A stretch of DNA of 64,000 nt from an uncultured Solirubrobacterales bacterium. GTDB lineage: Bacteria > Actinomycetota > Thermoleophilia > Solirubrobacterales > JBBDJG01. Positions within the stretch are counted from its first letter, which is position 1, and each line of letters starts with the position of its first letter. The notes under the pieces are model-generated. The model had not been told where the DNA came from. It saw only the letters and a list, made by a program, of their open reading frames with translations, and searched no databases. The stretch is taken from NCBI GenBank assembly GCA_963724065.1, contig CAVRTB010000002.1, positions 116,073-180,072 on the forward strand, read 5' to 3'. Positions 9,710 to 19,168 of this stretch are shown here, piece by piece. A program made the position numbers and the translations under genes.

Positions 9710-10257
9710 GCGGCGGTCTGCGGCGCGCGCGCCCGGACCGACAGCATCACGCTGACGATCACGATCCAGACCGCACCTCCGAGGAAGCCGACGAACCCGA
9801 CCGGGGTCAGGCCGATGACCCCGAGCAGGATCGCGATCCACCCGAGCCACTTGGGCAGCGCGCCGTGCCTCACGATCGAGATGCCGCTCGCGAGCAGCAT
9901 CACCGTCGTGCCGAGCGCGATCGGGAAGAAGTCGTTGTCCCATAGAGCCTGGAGGGCCTGCGCGGCCGCGGGCTCGATGTCGTCCGCCTGCTCGGCGAGC
10001 GCGAACGAGATCGTCGAGTCGATCGCGATCCCGATCGCCACGATCGCCGCGCCGGCGAACGCGACCAGCGAGAGCATTCCGTTCTCTCCCTCGGCAGCCC
10101 GTAGCACCTTGCGGACATATCCGAAGAAGAAGATCAGCAGCGCTCCGGCGATCGTGGCCCCGGCAGCCCCCAGCTGAATCTGGTCCTTGTCTTCGACGTA
10201 GTGGTCGACGACCTTCTGCGCGCCGTCCTTCGCCTGCGTGGGCTCGCCGAAGGACAA
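9706..10257 (-). CDS. Integral membrane protein of unknown function (start uncertain, possibly N-terminally shortened)
   Basis: The C-terminal ~180 aa of the long minus ORF contain four clear hydrophobic helices (GATIAGALLIFFFGY, LVAFAGAAIVAIGIAI, FFPIALGTTVMLLASGI, WIAILLGVIGLTPVGFVGFLGGAVWIVIV). The rest of the ORF overlaps the + strand DUF523 gene. TTG at 10257 is the first plausible start. Confidence 0.5.
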   Translation of the reverse strand: MSFGEPTQAKDGAQKVVDHYVEDKDQIQLGAAGATIAGALLIFFFGYVRKVLRAAEGENGMLSLVAFAGAAIVAIGIAIDSTISFALAEQADDIEPAAAQALQALWDNDFFPIALGTTVMLLASGISIVRHGALPKWLGWIAILLGVIGLTPVGFVGFLGGAVWIVIVSVMLSVRARAPQTAA

Positions 10258-10293
10258 GTCGGGCCGGTGTCGCCGCTCTGATAGACAGACCCC

Positions 10294-11259
10294 ATGGACC
10301 ACGTTGTGCGCCCGGTCGTCGTCATCAGCCGGTGCATCGACTTCGACGCGTGCCGCTACAACGGGCAGGTGGTCCGGGCGAGCCTGCGTGAGGAGCTCGA
10401 GCCCCATATCGACCTGCGGCCGATCTGCCCGGAGCTCGAGATCGGGCTGGGCGTGCCGCGCGACCCGGTGCGGCTCGTGCGCTCCCCGGAGGGCCCACGC
10501 ATGGTGCAACCCGCGACGGGCCGCGACCTCACCCGTGCGATGGAGGGCTTCTCGCGTCGCTACCTCGGCGACGTGGGTGACGTCGACGGCTTCATCCTCA
10601 AGAGCCGCTCGCCCTCGTGCGCGTTCCGCAACGCGAAGCAGTTCCATTCCGAGGACGAGGGCGCGGGGCACGACAGCGGCCCGGGCCTGTTCACCGCGCG
10701 CGTGCTCGAGCGATTTCCATACGCTGCGGTCGAGGACGAGGGAAGGCTCAACGACCTGCGCCTGCGCCACCACTTCCTGACCAAGCTGTGGGCGCTCGCG
10801 GGATTCCGCGAGGTCGCGCGGGAGGGGCCGGCCGCGCTCGTCGGCTACCACGCCCGCAACAAGCTGCTGCTGATGGCGCACAACCAGACGCGTATGCGCG
10901 CGCTCGGCCGCCTTGTCGCGCAGGCCGGGACGGCCCCCCGGCCGCAACTGGTCGACGAGTACCGTGCGGGCCTCGGCGCGGCGCTCGCGCGCCCCGCGCG
11001 GGCGGGCTCGGACGTCAACGTGCTGATGCACGCGCTCGGACACGTCTCCGATCACCTGACCGCGCGCGAGCGCGAGCACTTCCTCGCCACGCTCGAGTCC
11101 TACCGGCAGGGCAAGGTGCCGCTGAGCGCCGCCAACGCCCTCGTGGGCGCCTGGGCCGCCCGCTTCGAGGTGCCCTATCTCGCCGGGCAGACCTTTTTCG
11201 CGCCGTATCCGCTCGAGCTGGTGCGTCTGGAGCGCCCGCGGCGCCGGCGCGCAGCCTGA
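10294..11259 (+). CDS. DUF523/DUF1722 (YbgA-like) family protein
   Basis: N-terminal VVVISRCIDFDACRYNG (DUF523-like Cys motif) and C-terminal YHARNKLLLMAHN (DUF1722-like). Confidence 0.8.
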   Translation: MDHVVRPVVVISRCIDFDACRYNGQVVRASLREELEPHIDLRPICPELEIGLGVPRDPVRLVRSPEGPRMVQPATGRDLTRAMEGFSRRYLGDVGDVDGFILKSRSPSCAFRNAKQFHSEDEGAGHDSGPGLFTARVLERFPYAAVEDEGRLNDLRLRHHFLTKLWALAGFREVAREGPAALVGYHARNKLLLMAHNQTRMRALGRLVAQAGTAPRPQLVDEYRAGLGAALARPARAGSDVNVLMHALGHVSDHLTAREREHFLATLESYRQGKVPLSAANALVGAWAARFEVPYLAGQTFFAPYPLELVRLERPRRRRAA

Positions 11260-11363
11260 CGAACCTCGGAAATTGCGGTGAGTATGTGGATGCCGCCCTT
11301 TCATCCGAGAGCGCGCTGGGAGACTGTCTGCCCGCAAACCGCCGACTCCGGAGGGAGGATGCG

Positions 11364-11588
11364 TTGGATACTCGAGAGAGGGACGTCGTCCGCTCGCGAC
11401 TCGAGGGCCTCGCCGGCAGGGGAGTCACGATCGGGGCGATCGATTCACAGCTCAACGGCATTCCGTTGAGCGTCGACGAGTACGACGAGATGTGGCTGTA
11501 CGCGTGGTCGCTGCTCGAAGGGCGCGCGTCGCGCGTCGTCGTGCAGCCCCAGGATTGGTACGGCTACACGCCCGTCGAAGGGGGCTGA
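11364..11588 (+). CDS. Small hypothetical protein (~74 aa)
   Basis: TTG at 11364 sits 6-7 nt after a GGAGGGAGG Shine-Dalgarno-like run. The translation (…IPLSVDEYDEMWLYAWSLLEG…) has a protein-like composition. I recognise no family. Confidence 0.35.
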   Translation: MDTRERDVVRSRLEGLAGRGVTIGAIDSQLNGIPLSVDEYDEMWLYAWSLLEGRASRVVVQPQDWYGYTPVEGG

Positions 11589-11704
11589 CCACCCCGGCCA
11601 CAGGGGCGCGCCACACGGCAGAAGGCGCGCCCCCGGTGTCGCGTTTCGGCTAACTTGGGTCGCGAGCCCGGGACGGCAGGACGCCGGCCCGCATCTCTCA
11701 CGTC

Positions 11705-12988
11705 GTGGCCCGACCCTTCCGCGCAAAGATCTCTGTCTGCTGCGCGCTCGCGCTCGTCTGCGCCTGCGTGACGGTCCTCCCCGCGACCGCGCCCGCGCGC
11801 GTCGTTCGCGGGAGCCCGGGCGCGGACGTGCTCAACGGCACCGCGCGCGCGGACGTGCTGCGCGGCCTGCGCGGCGCCGACACGCTGCGCGGCAGGAGCG
11901 GCCGCGACCTGCTCTCGGGCGGACGGGGCGACGACCGCCTGAGCGGCGGGGCGGCGGGTGACCGGCTCTATGGGGGCCCGGGCAGTGACCGGCTGACGGG
12001 CGGCGCGGGTGCGGACACGCTGCGCGGCGGAGGCGGCGCAGACACGATCAGGGCGCGCGACGGCCGCCGCGACCGCATCTCGTGCGGCGCCGGGCGCGAC
12101 ACCGCGACGATCGACAGGCGCGACTTGATCGCCGGAGCGACGCAGCAGCGCCCCGACGGCAACTGCGAGACCGTGCGCCGTCCCGCGGCCCCGGACGCGT
12201 TCATGGTGGCGGCCGGCGACATCGCCCAGTGCACCGAGGGCGCCGCGATCACGGCCGCGCTCGTCGACTCCCTGCCGGGGACCGTCGCGACCCTTGGCGA
12301 CCTCGCCTACCAGAGCGGCACGGCGGACGAGTTCGCGCGCTGCTACGAGCCGACCTGGGGGCGGCACAGGGCGCGCACGCGGCCGGCGGCCGGGAATCAC
12401 GAGTACGGCACGCCGGGCGCCGCCGGCTACTTCGGCTACTTCGGCGCGGCGGCCGGCACGCCGGGCAGGGGCTGGTACAGCTACGACCTCGGCAACTGGC
12501 ACGTCGTCGTGCTCAACAGCAACTGCACGCACGTCGGCGGCTGCGGAGCCGGGTCGGCGCAGGAGCAGTGGCTGCGTGCCGACCTGGCCGCGAACCCACG
12601 CCGGTGCACGCTCGCCTATTGGCACCACCCGGCGTTCAGCTCCGGCAACACGCACGGCGGAGTCCCAACCGTCGTCCCTTTGTTCCGGGCACTGCGCGAC
12701 CACCGGGCCGAGCTGGTATTGAGCGGTCACGAGCACGACTACGAGCGGTTCGCGCCACAGAACGCCGATGGTGCCGCACACCCCGCCGGGGTAAGGCAGT
12801 TCGTGGTCGGAACGGGCGGTGCCGGCCTGCGCGGGTTCGCCGATCAGCCGCAGCCGCACAGCGAGGTTCGCATCGCGCAGGCATACGGCGTGCTGCACCT
12901 GCGACTCGGCGCAGCCTCCTACGACTGGCGGTTCGTGCCCCAGCCGGGCAACCCGGCGCAGGACTCGGGCCGCGCCGCCTGCGCCTGA
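11705..12988 (+). CDS. Secreted RTX-type calcium-binding repeat protein fused to a calcineurin-like metallophosphoesterase
   Basis: Signal peptide. Repeated GxxGxD nonapeptide-like units (GGRGDDRLSGGAAGDRLYGGPGSDRLTGGAGADTL). A Cys-bracketed cap (CGAGRDTATIDRRD...CETV). Phosphoesterase motifs GDIAQC, GDLAY, GNHEY, SGHEHDYERF. Confidence 0.85.
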   Translation: MARPFRAKISVCCALALVCACVTVLPATAPARVVRGSPGADVLNGTARADVLRGLRGADTLRGRSGRDLLSGGRGDDRLSGGAAGDRLYGGPGSDRLTGGAGADTLRGGGGADTIRARDGRRDRISCGAGRDTATIDRRDLIAGATQQRPDGNCETVRRPAAPDAFMVAAGDIAQCTEGAAITAALVDSLPGTVATLGDLAYQSGTADEFARCYEPTWGRHRARTRPAAGNHEYGTPGAAGYFGYFGAAAGTPGRGWYSYDLGNWHVVVLNSNCTHVGGCGAGSAQEQWLRADLAANPRRCTLAYWHHPAFSSGNTHGGVPTVVPLFRALRDHRAELVLSGHEHDYERFAPQNADGAAHPAGVRQFVVGTGGAGLRGFADQPQPHSEVRIAQAYGVLHLRLGAASYDWRFVPQPGNPAQDSGRAACA

Positions 12989-13059
12989 CGCGGATTCGCG
13001 TGTACTAGGCTCCCCGCAGCCCGACTTCCCGCCGCAATGCGACAAGGAGACCTGAATTC

Positions 13060-14223
13060 ATGCCTGAAGCAGTGATCGTCGACGCCGTCCGCACCCCGAT
13101 CGGCCGCGCCTTCAAGGGCCAGCTCGCCGGCCTCAGGCCAGACGACACCGGGGCCTTCGTGATCGACCAGCTTTTCGAGCGCAACCCGGGCGTGAAGCCC
13201 GAGTCGGTCGAAGAGGTGATCGCCGGGTGCGGCCTACCGCAGGGCCTCCAGGGATTCAACATCGGCCGGATCATGGTGCTGCTCTCCGAGCGGCTCCCCG
13301 ACTCGGTCAACGGCGTCACCGTCTCGCGCTACTGCGCCTCGAGCCTCGAGGCGATCCGCGAAGCGTCGAACGCGATCCGCGCGGGCGAGGGCGACACCTA
13401 CGTCGCGGCCGGAGTCGAATGGGTCAGCCGCTACAACGAGCGCCAGGAGGCGGCCGGGCTCGCCGACCAGAACGAGAAGCTCCAGGGCAACAACGGCCAG
13501 CCCAACGCTTACATCGCGATGGGCGTCACCGCCGAGAACGTCGCCGACAAGTGGGAGGTGAGCCGCGCGGACATGGACAAGTACGCGCAGCGCTCGCAGG
13601 AGCTCGCGGTGGCGTCGCAGGAGTCCGGATTCTTCGACCGCGAGATCGTGCCGGTCACGCTTCCGGACGGCACGGTCGTCGCGAGGGACGAGGGTCCGCG
13701 CGCCAGCTCCACGCTCGAGAAGCTCGCCGAGCTGAAGCCCGCCTTCCGCGAGGACGGCAAGGTCACCGCCGGCAACTCGTGCCCGCTCAACGACGGCGCC
13801 GCCGCGATCCTGCTGATGTCGGACACGAAGGCGAAGGAGCTCGGCCTGACGCCGCGCGCACGCATCGTCGCCTCGGCGACCGCGGCGCTCGAGCCCGAGC
13901 TGATGGGCGTCGCCCCGATCGGCGCGATCAAGAAGGTCCTGGAGCGCGCCGGCATGTCGATCGACGACGTCGACGTCGTCGAGCTCAACGAGGCGTTCGC
14001 CGCGCAGGTGATCCCGATCATGAGCGAGTGCGGGATCCCGATCGAGAAGATGAACCCGCACGGCGGCGCGATCGCGCTCGGCCACCCGTTCGGGATGACC
14101 GGGGCGCGGATCATGACGACCCTGCTGAACGACCTCGAGTCCGACGACAAGTCGATCGGCCTCGAGACGATGTGCGTGGCCGGCGGACAGGGCCAGGCGA
14201 CGATCGTGGAACGGCTGAACTAG
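13060..14223 (+). CDS. Acetyl-CoA C-acetyltransferase (thiolase)
   Basis: AAGGAGA Shine-Dalgarno sequence upstream. Active-site Cys region VSRYCASSLEAI, NPHGGAIALGHPFGMTGAR and the C-terminal CVAGGQG. Confidence 0.95.
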   Translation: MPEAVIVDAVRTPIGRAFKGQLAGLRPDDTGAFVIDQLFERNPGVKPESVEEVIAGCGLPQGLQGFNIGRIMVLLSERLPDSVNGVTVSRYCASSLEAIREASNAIRAGEGDTYVAAGVEWVSRYNERQEAAGLADQNEKLQGNNGQPNAYIAMGVTAENVADKWEVSRADMDKYAQRSQELAVASQESGFFDREIVPVTLPDGTVVARDEGPRASSTLEKLAELKPAFREDGKVTAGNSCPLNDGAAAILLMSDTKAKELGLTPRARIVASATAALEPELMGVAPIGAIKKVLERAGMSIDDVDVVELNEAFAAQVIPIMSECGIPIEKMNPHGGAIALGHPFGMTGARIMTTLLNDLESDDKSIGLETMCVAGGQGQATIVERLN

Positions 14224-14332
14224 CCGGGGCGAATCGCAGGTTGAGTGGCGAGCTGCGCTCTTCCCCGCTAAGAATGGAATAGGCCCGCCCAGCCCCCGCA
14301 GGCTGTGGGCACCCCGTCACGGAGGACTTTTC

Positions 14333-15751
14333 TTGAGTCGCAAGCACCACTTGCGCGCCCGCCTTGCTGCCGGCGCGATCGCCTTGGTTGCCATGGCACC
14401 CGCGGTGGCCCACGCGAGCCCGTTCGCGACCGCGTCGGACGACCGCATCTCCGGCACGTCGCGCGCTGACGTGATCAAGGGCCGCGCGGGCGACGACGTG
14501 CTGTCCGGCCGCGGCGGGAACGACCGCCTCGACGGCCAGCTCGGGGACGACATCCTGAGCGGGGGCCCTGGGCGCGACCGCCTCGTGGGTGGCCCCGGCG
14601 ACGACGCGCTGCGCGGCGACACCGGCAGCGACGTGATGAACGGCGGCCCCGGCAAGGACAAGATTCGCGCACGCGACGGCGTCAAGGACCGCGTCGTGTG
14701 CGGACCGGGACGCGACACCGCGATCGTGGATTCACTCGATGTGGTCCTGCGCTGTGAGGTCGTGAGGCGCTCGCCCGCACCAAAGGGCAGCGCGCCGATC
14801 GCGGGAGCCCAGACGCCGCCACCGCTGCCCGCGCCGACGGCCGGCGATCCGCCACCGGGCCCGAACCCCGACCCTTTGCCGGATCCTGATCCCGACCCGG
14901 ACCCCGATCCGGACCCGGACCCCGATCCCGACCCGGACCCCGAGCCCGAGGTGGCCCAGTTGCTGGCCGCGGGCGACATCGCGGATTGCAACCCCGGCGC
15001 CGAGGCGACCGCGACCCTTCTCGACGACCTGCTCGGCACCGTCGCGCCGCTCGGCGACCTCGCTTACGACAACGGCTCGGTCGAGGAGTTCGAGAACTGC
15101 TACGACCCGACCTGGGGACGGCACAGGGGCCGCACGCGCCCCGCGGTCGGCAACCACGAGTACGGCACCGACCGGGCAGCCCCGTACTTCTCGTACTTCG
15201 GAGACGCCGCCGGCGACCCGCTTCAGGGCTGGTACAGCTACGACCTCGGCGACTGGCACATCGTGGTCCTCAACAGCAACTGCGGGGAGGTTCCCGGCGG
15301 TTGCGGCGAGGGCTCGCCTCAGGTCCAGTGGCTGCGCGCCGATCTCGCCGCGAACCCATCGGCCTGCACTGCTTCCTACTTCCACATTCCGCGCTTCAGC
15401 TCCGGGGAGAAGCACGGCAACGACCCCAGCACGCGGAGCTTCTGGCAGGCGCTCTACGAGCACGGGGCCGAGTTCGTGATGAGCGGCAACGACCACGACT
15501 ACGAGCGCTTCGCGAAGCAGACCCCGGACGGCTTCGCGGACCCGTTCGAGGGCATCCGCCAGTTCGTGGTGGGCACGGGCGGGCGCTTCCTTCGCCCGGT
15601 CGCCAGCACGCCGGAGCCGAACAGCGAGGTGCTCGACAACAGCACCTTCGGCATCCTGCGCGTCGAGTTGCTCTCATGGGGTTACGAGTGGGAGTTCGTG
15701 CCGGCCGGCGGCGGCACCTTCACCGACTCGGGCACTACCGCGTGCCACTAG
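14333..15751 (+). CDS. Secreted RTX-type calcium-binding repeat protein, (Pro-Asp)n linker, calcineurin-like metallophosphoesterase (paralog of 11705-12988)
   Basis: Same layout and motifs as 11705-12988 (GDIADC, GDLAY, GNHEY, SGNDHDYERF, and the Cys cap CGPGRDTAIVD...CEVV), plus a PDPDPD... linker. Confidence 0.85.
   Translation: MSRKHHLRARLAAGAIALVAMAPAVAHASPFATASDDRISGTSRADVIKGRAGDDVLSGRGGNDRLDGQLGDDILSGGPGRDRLVGGPGDDALRGDTGSDVMNGGPGKDKIRARDGVKDRVVCGPGRDTAIVDSLDVVLRCEVVRRSPAPKGSAPIAGAQTPPPLPAPTAGDPPPGPNPDPLPDPDPDPDPDPDPDPDPDPDPEPEVAQLLAAGDIADCNPGAEATATLLDDLLGTVAPLGDLAYDNGSVEEFENCYDPTWGRHRGRTRPAVGNHEYGTDRAAPYFSYFGDAAGDPLQGWYSYDLGDWHIVVLNSNCGEVPGGCGEGSPQVQWLRADLAANPSACTASYFHIPRFSSGEKHGNDPSTRSFWQALYEHGAEFVMSGNDHDYERFAKQTPDGFADPFEGIRQFVVGTGGRFLRPVASTPEPNSEVLDNSTFGILRVELLSWGYEWEFVPAGGGTFTDSGTTACH
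14861..14950. repeat. Imperfect hexanucleotide tract (CCS GAY)n encoding a (Pro-Asp)n linker
   Basis: ccgaaccccgaccctttgccggatcctgatcccgacccggaccccgatccggacccggaccccgatcccgacccggaccccgagcccgag translates to PNPDPLPDPDPDPDPDPDPDPDPDPEPE inside the 14333 CDS. Confidence 0.8.
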
Positions 15752-15787
15752 CAACCCCGTCGTAGCCTCGGCAGCGACACCCGGTTA

Positions 15788-16711
15788 GTGTTCGAGCGGG
15801 CGGCTCGCCGCCCTTCGATGGAGGCCTCCACCTCACTCACGAGCGCAGTGCCAACCGAGCGGCAGATCACCGTTTCGGGACTGAGCACACCGCTGCTCGA
15901 GGCCGGCCCGGCCGATGCCTCCGAGGCGGTCGTGTTCGTGCACGGCAACCCCGGCTCGTCACGCGACTGGGAGGACCTCGTCGGCCGCGTCGGCACTTTC
16001 GCGCGCGCGGTCGCATTCGACATGCCCGGGTTCGGCCGTGCCGACAAGCCGCGCGACTTCGATTACTCGGTACCCGGCGAGGAGCGGTTCCTCGACGCGG
16101 CGCTCACGGAGCTCGGCGTCGAGCGGGTACACCTCGTGCTGCACGACCTCGGCGGCCCGTGGGGCATGGAATGGGCGGCGGGCCACCCGGATCGGGTCGC
16201 GAGCGTTGTCGGAATCACCACGGGTGCGTTCATCGGCTACCACTGGCACATCGTTGCTCGCGTCTGGCAGATGCCGGTGCTCGGCGAGCTGCTCATGGCG
16301 ACCACCACCCGGACGTCCTTCCGCACGCTCACCAACCTCGGCCGGAAGCGGAAGCTGCCGCGCGCGTTCCTCGACGCGATGTACGACAACTTCGATCGCG
16401 ACACCCGGCGCGCCGTGCTGAAGCACTATCGCGCCGAGTCGAACCCGCGACCCGCCGCCCGCCGCCAAGCGGATGCGGTGCGCCCGCATGACATTCCCGC
16501 GCTCGTTGTGTGGGGTGCCGACGACCCGTACCTCGGCGTCGACCTGGGGCGAAGGCAGCAAGAGGCGTTCCCCCGCGCGCGCCTGATCGTGCTGGACGAC
16601 AGCGGGCACTGGCCTTTCATCGACAACCCAGAAGCCGTCGCCGCGGAAGTGATTCCGTTCCTGCGCGAGACGACCGGCGCTCCCAAGGAGGACCGATGGC
16701 AGACGACGTAA
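15788..16711 (+). CDS. Alpha/beta hydrolase with an Asp nucleophile (haloalkane dehalogenase/epoxide hydrolase-like)
   Basis: VFVHGNPGSSRDW (HGxP oxyanion motif) and LVLHDLGGPWG (nucleophile elbow carrying Asp). 307 aa; the exact start is uncertain. Confidence 0.85.
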   Translation: MFERAARRPSMEASTSLTSAVPTERQITVSGLSTPLLEAGPADASEAVVFVHGNPGSSRDWEDLVGRVGTFARAVAFDMPGFGRADKPRDFDYSVPGEERFLDAALTELGVERVHLVLHDLGGPWGMEWAAGHPDRVASVVGITTGAFIGYHWHIVARVWQMPVLGELLMATTTRTSFRTLTNLGRKRKLPRAFLDAMYDNFDRDTRRAVLKHYRAESNPRPAARRQADAVRPHDIPALVVWGADDPYLGVDLGRRQQEAFPRARLIVLDDSGHWPFIDNPEAVAAEVIPFLRETTGAPKEDRWQTT

Positions 16712-17706
16712 ACCGCAGATACGTGTTGCGCAAGCGGCCCGACGGCCGCATCGACGATTCGACCTTCGAGCTGGTCGAGGAGGCGGTGCCCAAGCCCGGG
16801 TCCGGCCAGGCGCTGGTGCAGAACCTCTATGTGTCGGTGGACCCCACGAACCGCGCCTGGATCGGCGAGGAGCCGACCTACCTGCCGCCCGTCGGCATCG
16901 GCGAGTGCATGCGCAGCGTCGGCCTGGGCCGCGTGATCTCCTCGGATGACGACGCTTATCCGGAAGGCTCGCTCGTGACCGGGCTGACCGGCTGGCAGGA
17001 CTACGTCGTGACAGGCGAGGGCGAGATCCCGCTGACGCCCGTTCCCGGCGACACGGGCCTCCCGATCGAGTGCATGCTCGGCGCGCTCGGCCTCACCGGC
17101 GTGACCGCCTACTTCGGGATGCTCGACATAGCCAAGCCGCAGGAGGGCGAGACGGTCGTGGTGTCGGCGGCGGCCGGCGCCGTGGGCTCGGTCGTCGGCC
17201 AGATCGCGAAGCTGAGGGACGCGCGCGCGGTCGGCATCGCGGGCGGCAAGGAGAAGTGCGCGTGGCTCGTCGACGAGCTCGGCTTCGACGCGGCGATCGA
17301 CCGCCACGATGCGAAGTGGCGAGAGCAGCTGCGCGCTGCCTGCCCGAACGGGGTCGACGTCGACTTCGAGAACGTCGGCGGGGAGATCATGCGCGAGGTG
17401 TTCGGCATGCTCAACCTGAACGCGCGCGTCGCCCTGTGCGGGCTCATCTCGGAATACAACTCCGCGGAGCCCGAGCCCGGCCCTTCGCTTTCCCGGGTGC
17501 TCGTGAACCGCGTCACTGTCAAGGGCTTCATCATCCTCGACTACTTCGCCCGCTTTCCGGAGGCGATCACCCAGCTCGGCCAGTGGGTCGCCGAGGGGAA
17601 GGTGAAGGACCGGCACACGATGGTGGACGGATTGGAGAAGGCTCCGGACGCCGTGAACATGCTCTTCGACGGCGACAACGTGGGGAAGCTGATCGTGAAG
17701 GTGTAG
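16696..17706 (+). CDS. NADP-dependent oxidoreductase, medium-chain dehydrogenase/reductase family (YncB/alkenal reductase-like)
   Basis: AAGGAGGA Shine-Dalgarno sequence 4 nt before ATG 16696. The N-terminus NRRYVLRKRPDG and the Rossmann motif VVSAAAGAVGSVVGQIAK. Overlaps the upstream hydrolase stop by 16 nt, which suggests translational coupling. Confidence 0.9.
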   Translation: MADDVNRRYVLRKRPDGRIDDSTFELVEEAVPKPGSGQALVQNLYVSVDPTNRAWIGEEPTYLPPVGIGECMRSVGLGRVISSDDDAYPEGSLVTGLTGWQDYVVTGEGEIPLTPVPGDTGLPIECMLGALGLTGVTAYFGMLDIAKPQEGETVVVSAAAGAVGSVVGQIAKLRDARAVGIAGGKEKCAWLVDELGFDAAIDRHDAKWREQLRAACPNGVDVDFENVGGEIMREVFGMLNLNARVALCGLISEYNSAEPEPGPSLSRVLVNRVTVKGFIILDYFARFPEAITQLGQWVAEGKVKDRHTMVDGLEKAPDAVNMLFDGDNVGKLIVKV

Positions 17707-17742
17707 CCAGGCCGGCCACACGCGGCCTTCTTCCCGCGAGAC

Positions 17743-19104
17743 GTGGTGGTGTACAACTCGTCCGTGGCGAAGGTGCCGCCCGGATCACGGGTCCCCGGTC
17801 CGATCAACGCGTTCCTGTTCACGCGCGACCCCGTCGGCTTCCTCGAGCGCCAGCGCCGGCGGTACGGCAACGCGTTCGCGATCAACTTCCCCGGGTTCGG
17901 CCGCATGTCGTACTTCGCCGATCCCGAGCTCGTGAAGCAGGTCTTCACAGGCGACCCGCGCGCGCTTCACGCGGGCGAGGCGAACGGCCGCGCGCTCGAG
18001 CCGGTGCTCGGGAAGTTCTCGCTGCTGACGCTCGACGAGGAGGATCACATGCGGCAGCGCAAGCTGCTGCTCCCGCCCTTTCACGGCGAGGCGGTGGATC
18101 GCTACGGGGAGCTGATCGAGGAGATCGCGGCGCGCGAGATCGAGCGCTGGCCGGTCGGCGTGCCGTTCGGCCTGCGCCCGCGGATGCAGGCGATCACGCT
18201 CGACGTGATCCTGCGCGCCGTTTTCGGCATCCGCGGCGAGCAGCGTCTCGCGCAGTTCCGCGCGGTGCTCCCGCAACTGACCGAGGCGAGCGCGGTCGTG
18301 ATGTGGCTTCCGTTTCTGCGCCGCAACCTCGGGCCGTGGAGCCCGTGGGTGCGCTTTCAGCGCGCGCGCCGCGCGGTCGACGACCTCGTCTACGACGAGA
18401 TCCGCCGCAGGCGCGCCGACCCTGACGCCGGCGAGCGAGACGACGTCCTCTCGCTGCTGCTCCAGGCCCGCCACGAGGACGGCACCGCGATGAGCGACCA
18501 GGAGCTGCGCGACGAGCTGATCACGCTCCTGACCGCCGGGCACGAGACCAGCGCCACGGCCCTCGCGTGGGCCTTCGAGCGCCTGCTGCGCACACCGGCG
18601 GTGCTCGAGCGCCTGCTCTCCGACCTCGATGACGACGCGTACGTCGACGCCGTCGTGAAGGAGACGCTGCGCGTGCGGCCGGTCGTGATCGACGTCGCGC
18701 GCGTCGCCAAGGCTGACATGCGCGTGGGCGAGTGGGACGTGCGCGCCGGGACCATCGTCGTCCCGGCGATCGCTCTCGTGCAGCTGCGGCCGGACCTCTT
18801 CCCCGAGCCTCACGCGTTCCGCCCCGAGCGGTTCCTCGACGCGCAGCCGCAGGCCTATTCCTGGATCCCGTTCGGCGGCGGGGTGCGGCGCTGCATCGGC
18901 GCCGCCTTCGCCCAGTACGAGATCCGGACCGTGCTGCGGGCGGTGCTCAGGCGTGCTCGCCTGCGTGCGCCGGATCAGGCTCCCGAGGCCCAGCGAAGCC
19001 GCCATGTGACGATCGTCCCCGCGGGTGACGCGAACGTGGTTCTCGAGACGCGATTGGACACGCTGTCCAACCATGAGGTGGCGGAGTTGTCCACCAGGGC
19101 TTGA
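17743..19104 (+). CDS. Cytochrome P450
   Basis: FGGGVRRCIGAAFAQYE heme loop, ETLRVRP (ExxR) and AGHETSA I-helix motif. Confidence 0.9.
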   Translation: MVVYNSSVAKVPPGSRVPGPINAFLFTRDPVGFLERQRRRYGNAFAINFPGFGRMSYFADPELVKQVFTGDPRALHAGEANGRALEPVLGKFSLLTLDEEDHMRQRKLLLPPFHGEAVDRYGELIEEIAAREIERWPVGVPFGLRPRMQAITLDVILRAVFGIRGEQRLAQFRAVLPQLTEASAVVMWLPFLRRNLGPWSPWVRFQRARRAVDDLVYDEIRRRRADPDAGERDDVLSLLLQARHEDGTAMSDQELRDELITLLTAGHETSATALAWAFERLLRTPAVLERLLSDLDDDAYVDAVVKETLRVRPVVIDVARVAKADMRVGEWDVRAGTIVVPAIALVQLRPDLFPEPHAFRPERFLDAQPQAYSWIPFGGGVRRCIGAAFAQYEIRTVLRAVLRRARLRAPDQAPEAQRSRHVTIVPAGDANVVLETRLDTLSNHEVAELSTRA

Positions 19105-19168
19105 AACTTACCGTCGAGTCAGTAATACTCCCCGGCGCCCGACGAGCCCTTGGGAGGGGAGAAATCGG

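Noticed and set aside
12992-12999. Additional GGATTCGC 8-mer matches to the array leader motif, here and at 54408-54415
   Set aside because: Only the 8-nt core matches, and the flanks differ (CGGATTCGCG). A rough composition-based estimate predicts a couple of chance 8-mer hits in 128 kb of both strands. The copy at 54408 is not upstream of a same-strand gene.
14861-14950. Possible CRISPR or other non-coding tandem repeat, together with the RTX-coding repeats at 11800-12060, 14440-14660 and 55600-56560
   Set aside because: All are in-frame coding repeats (a Pro-Asp linker and GGxGxD units). They have no unique spacers of CRISPR-like size and no cas genes.
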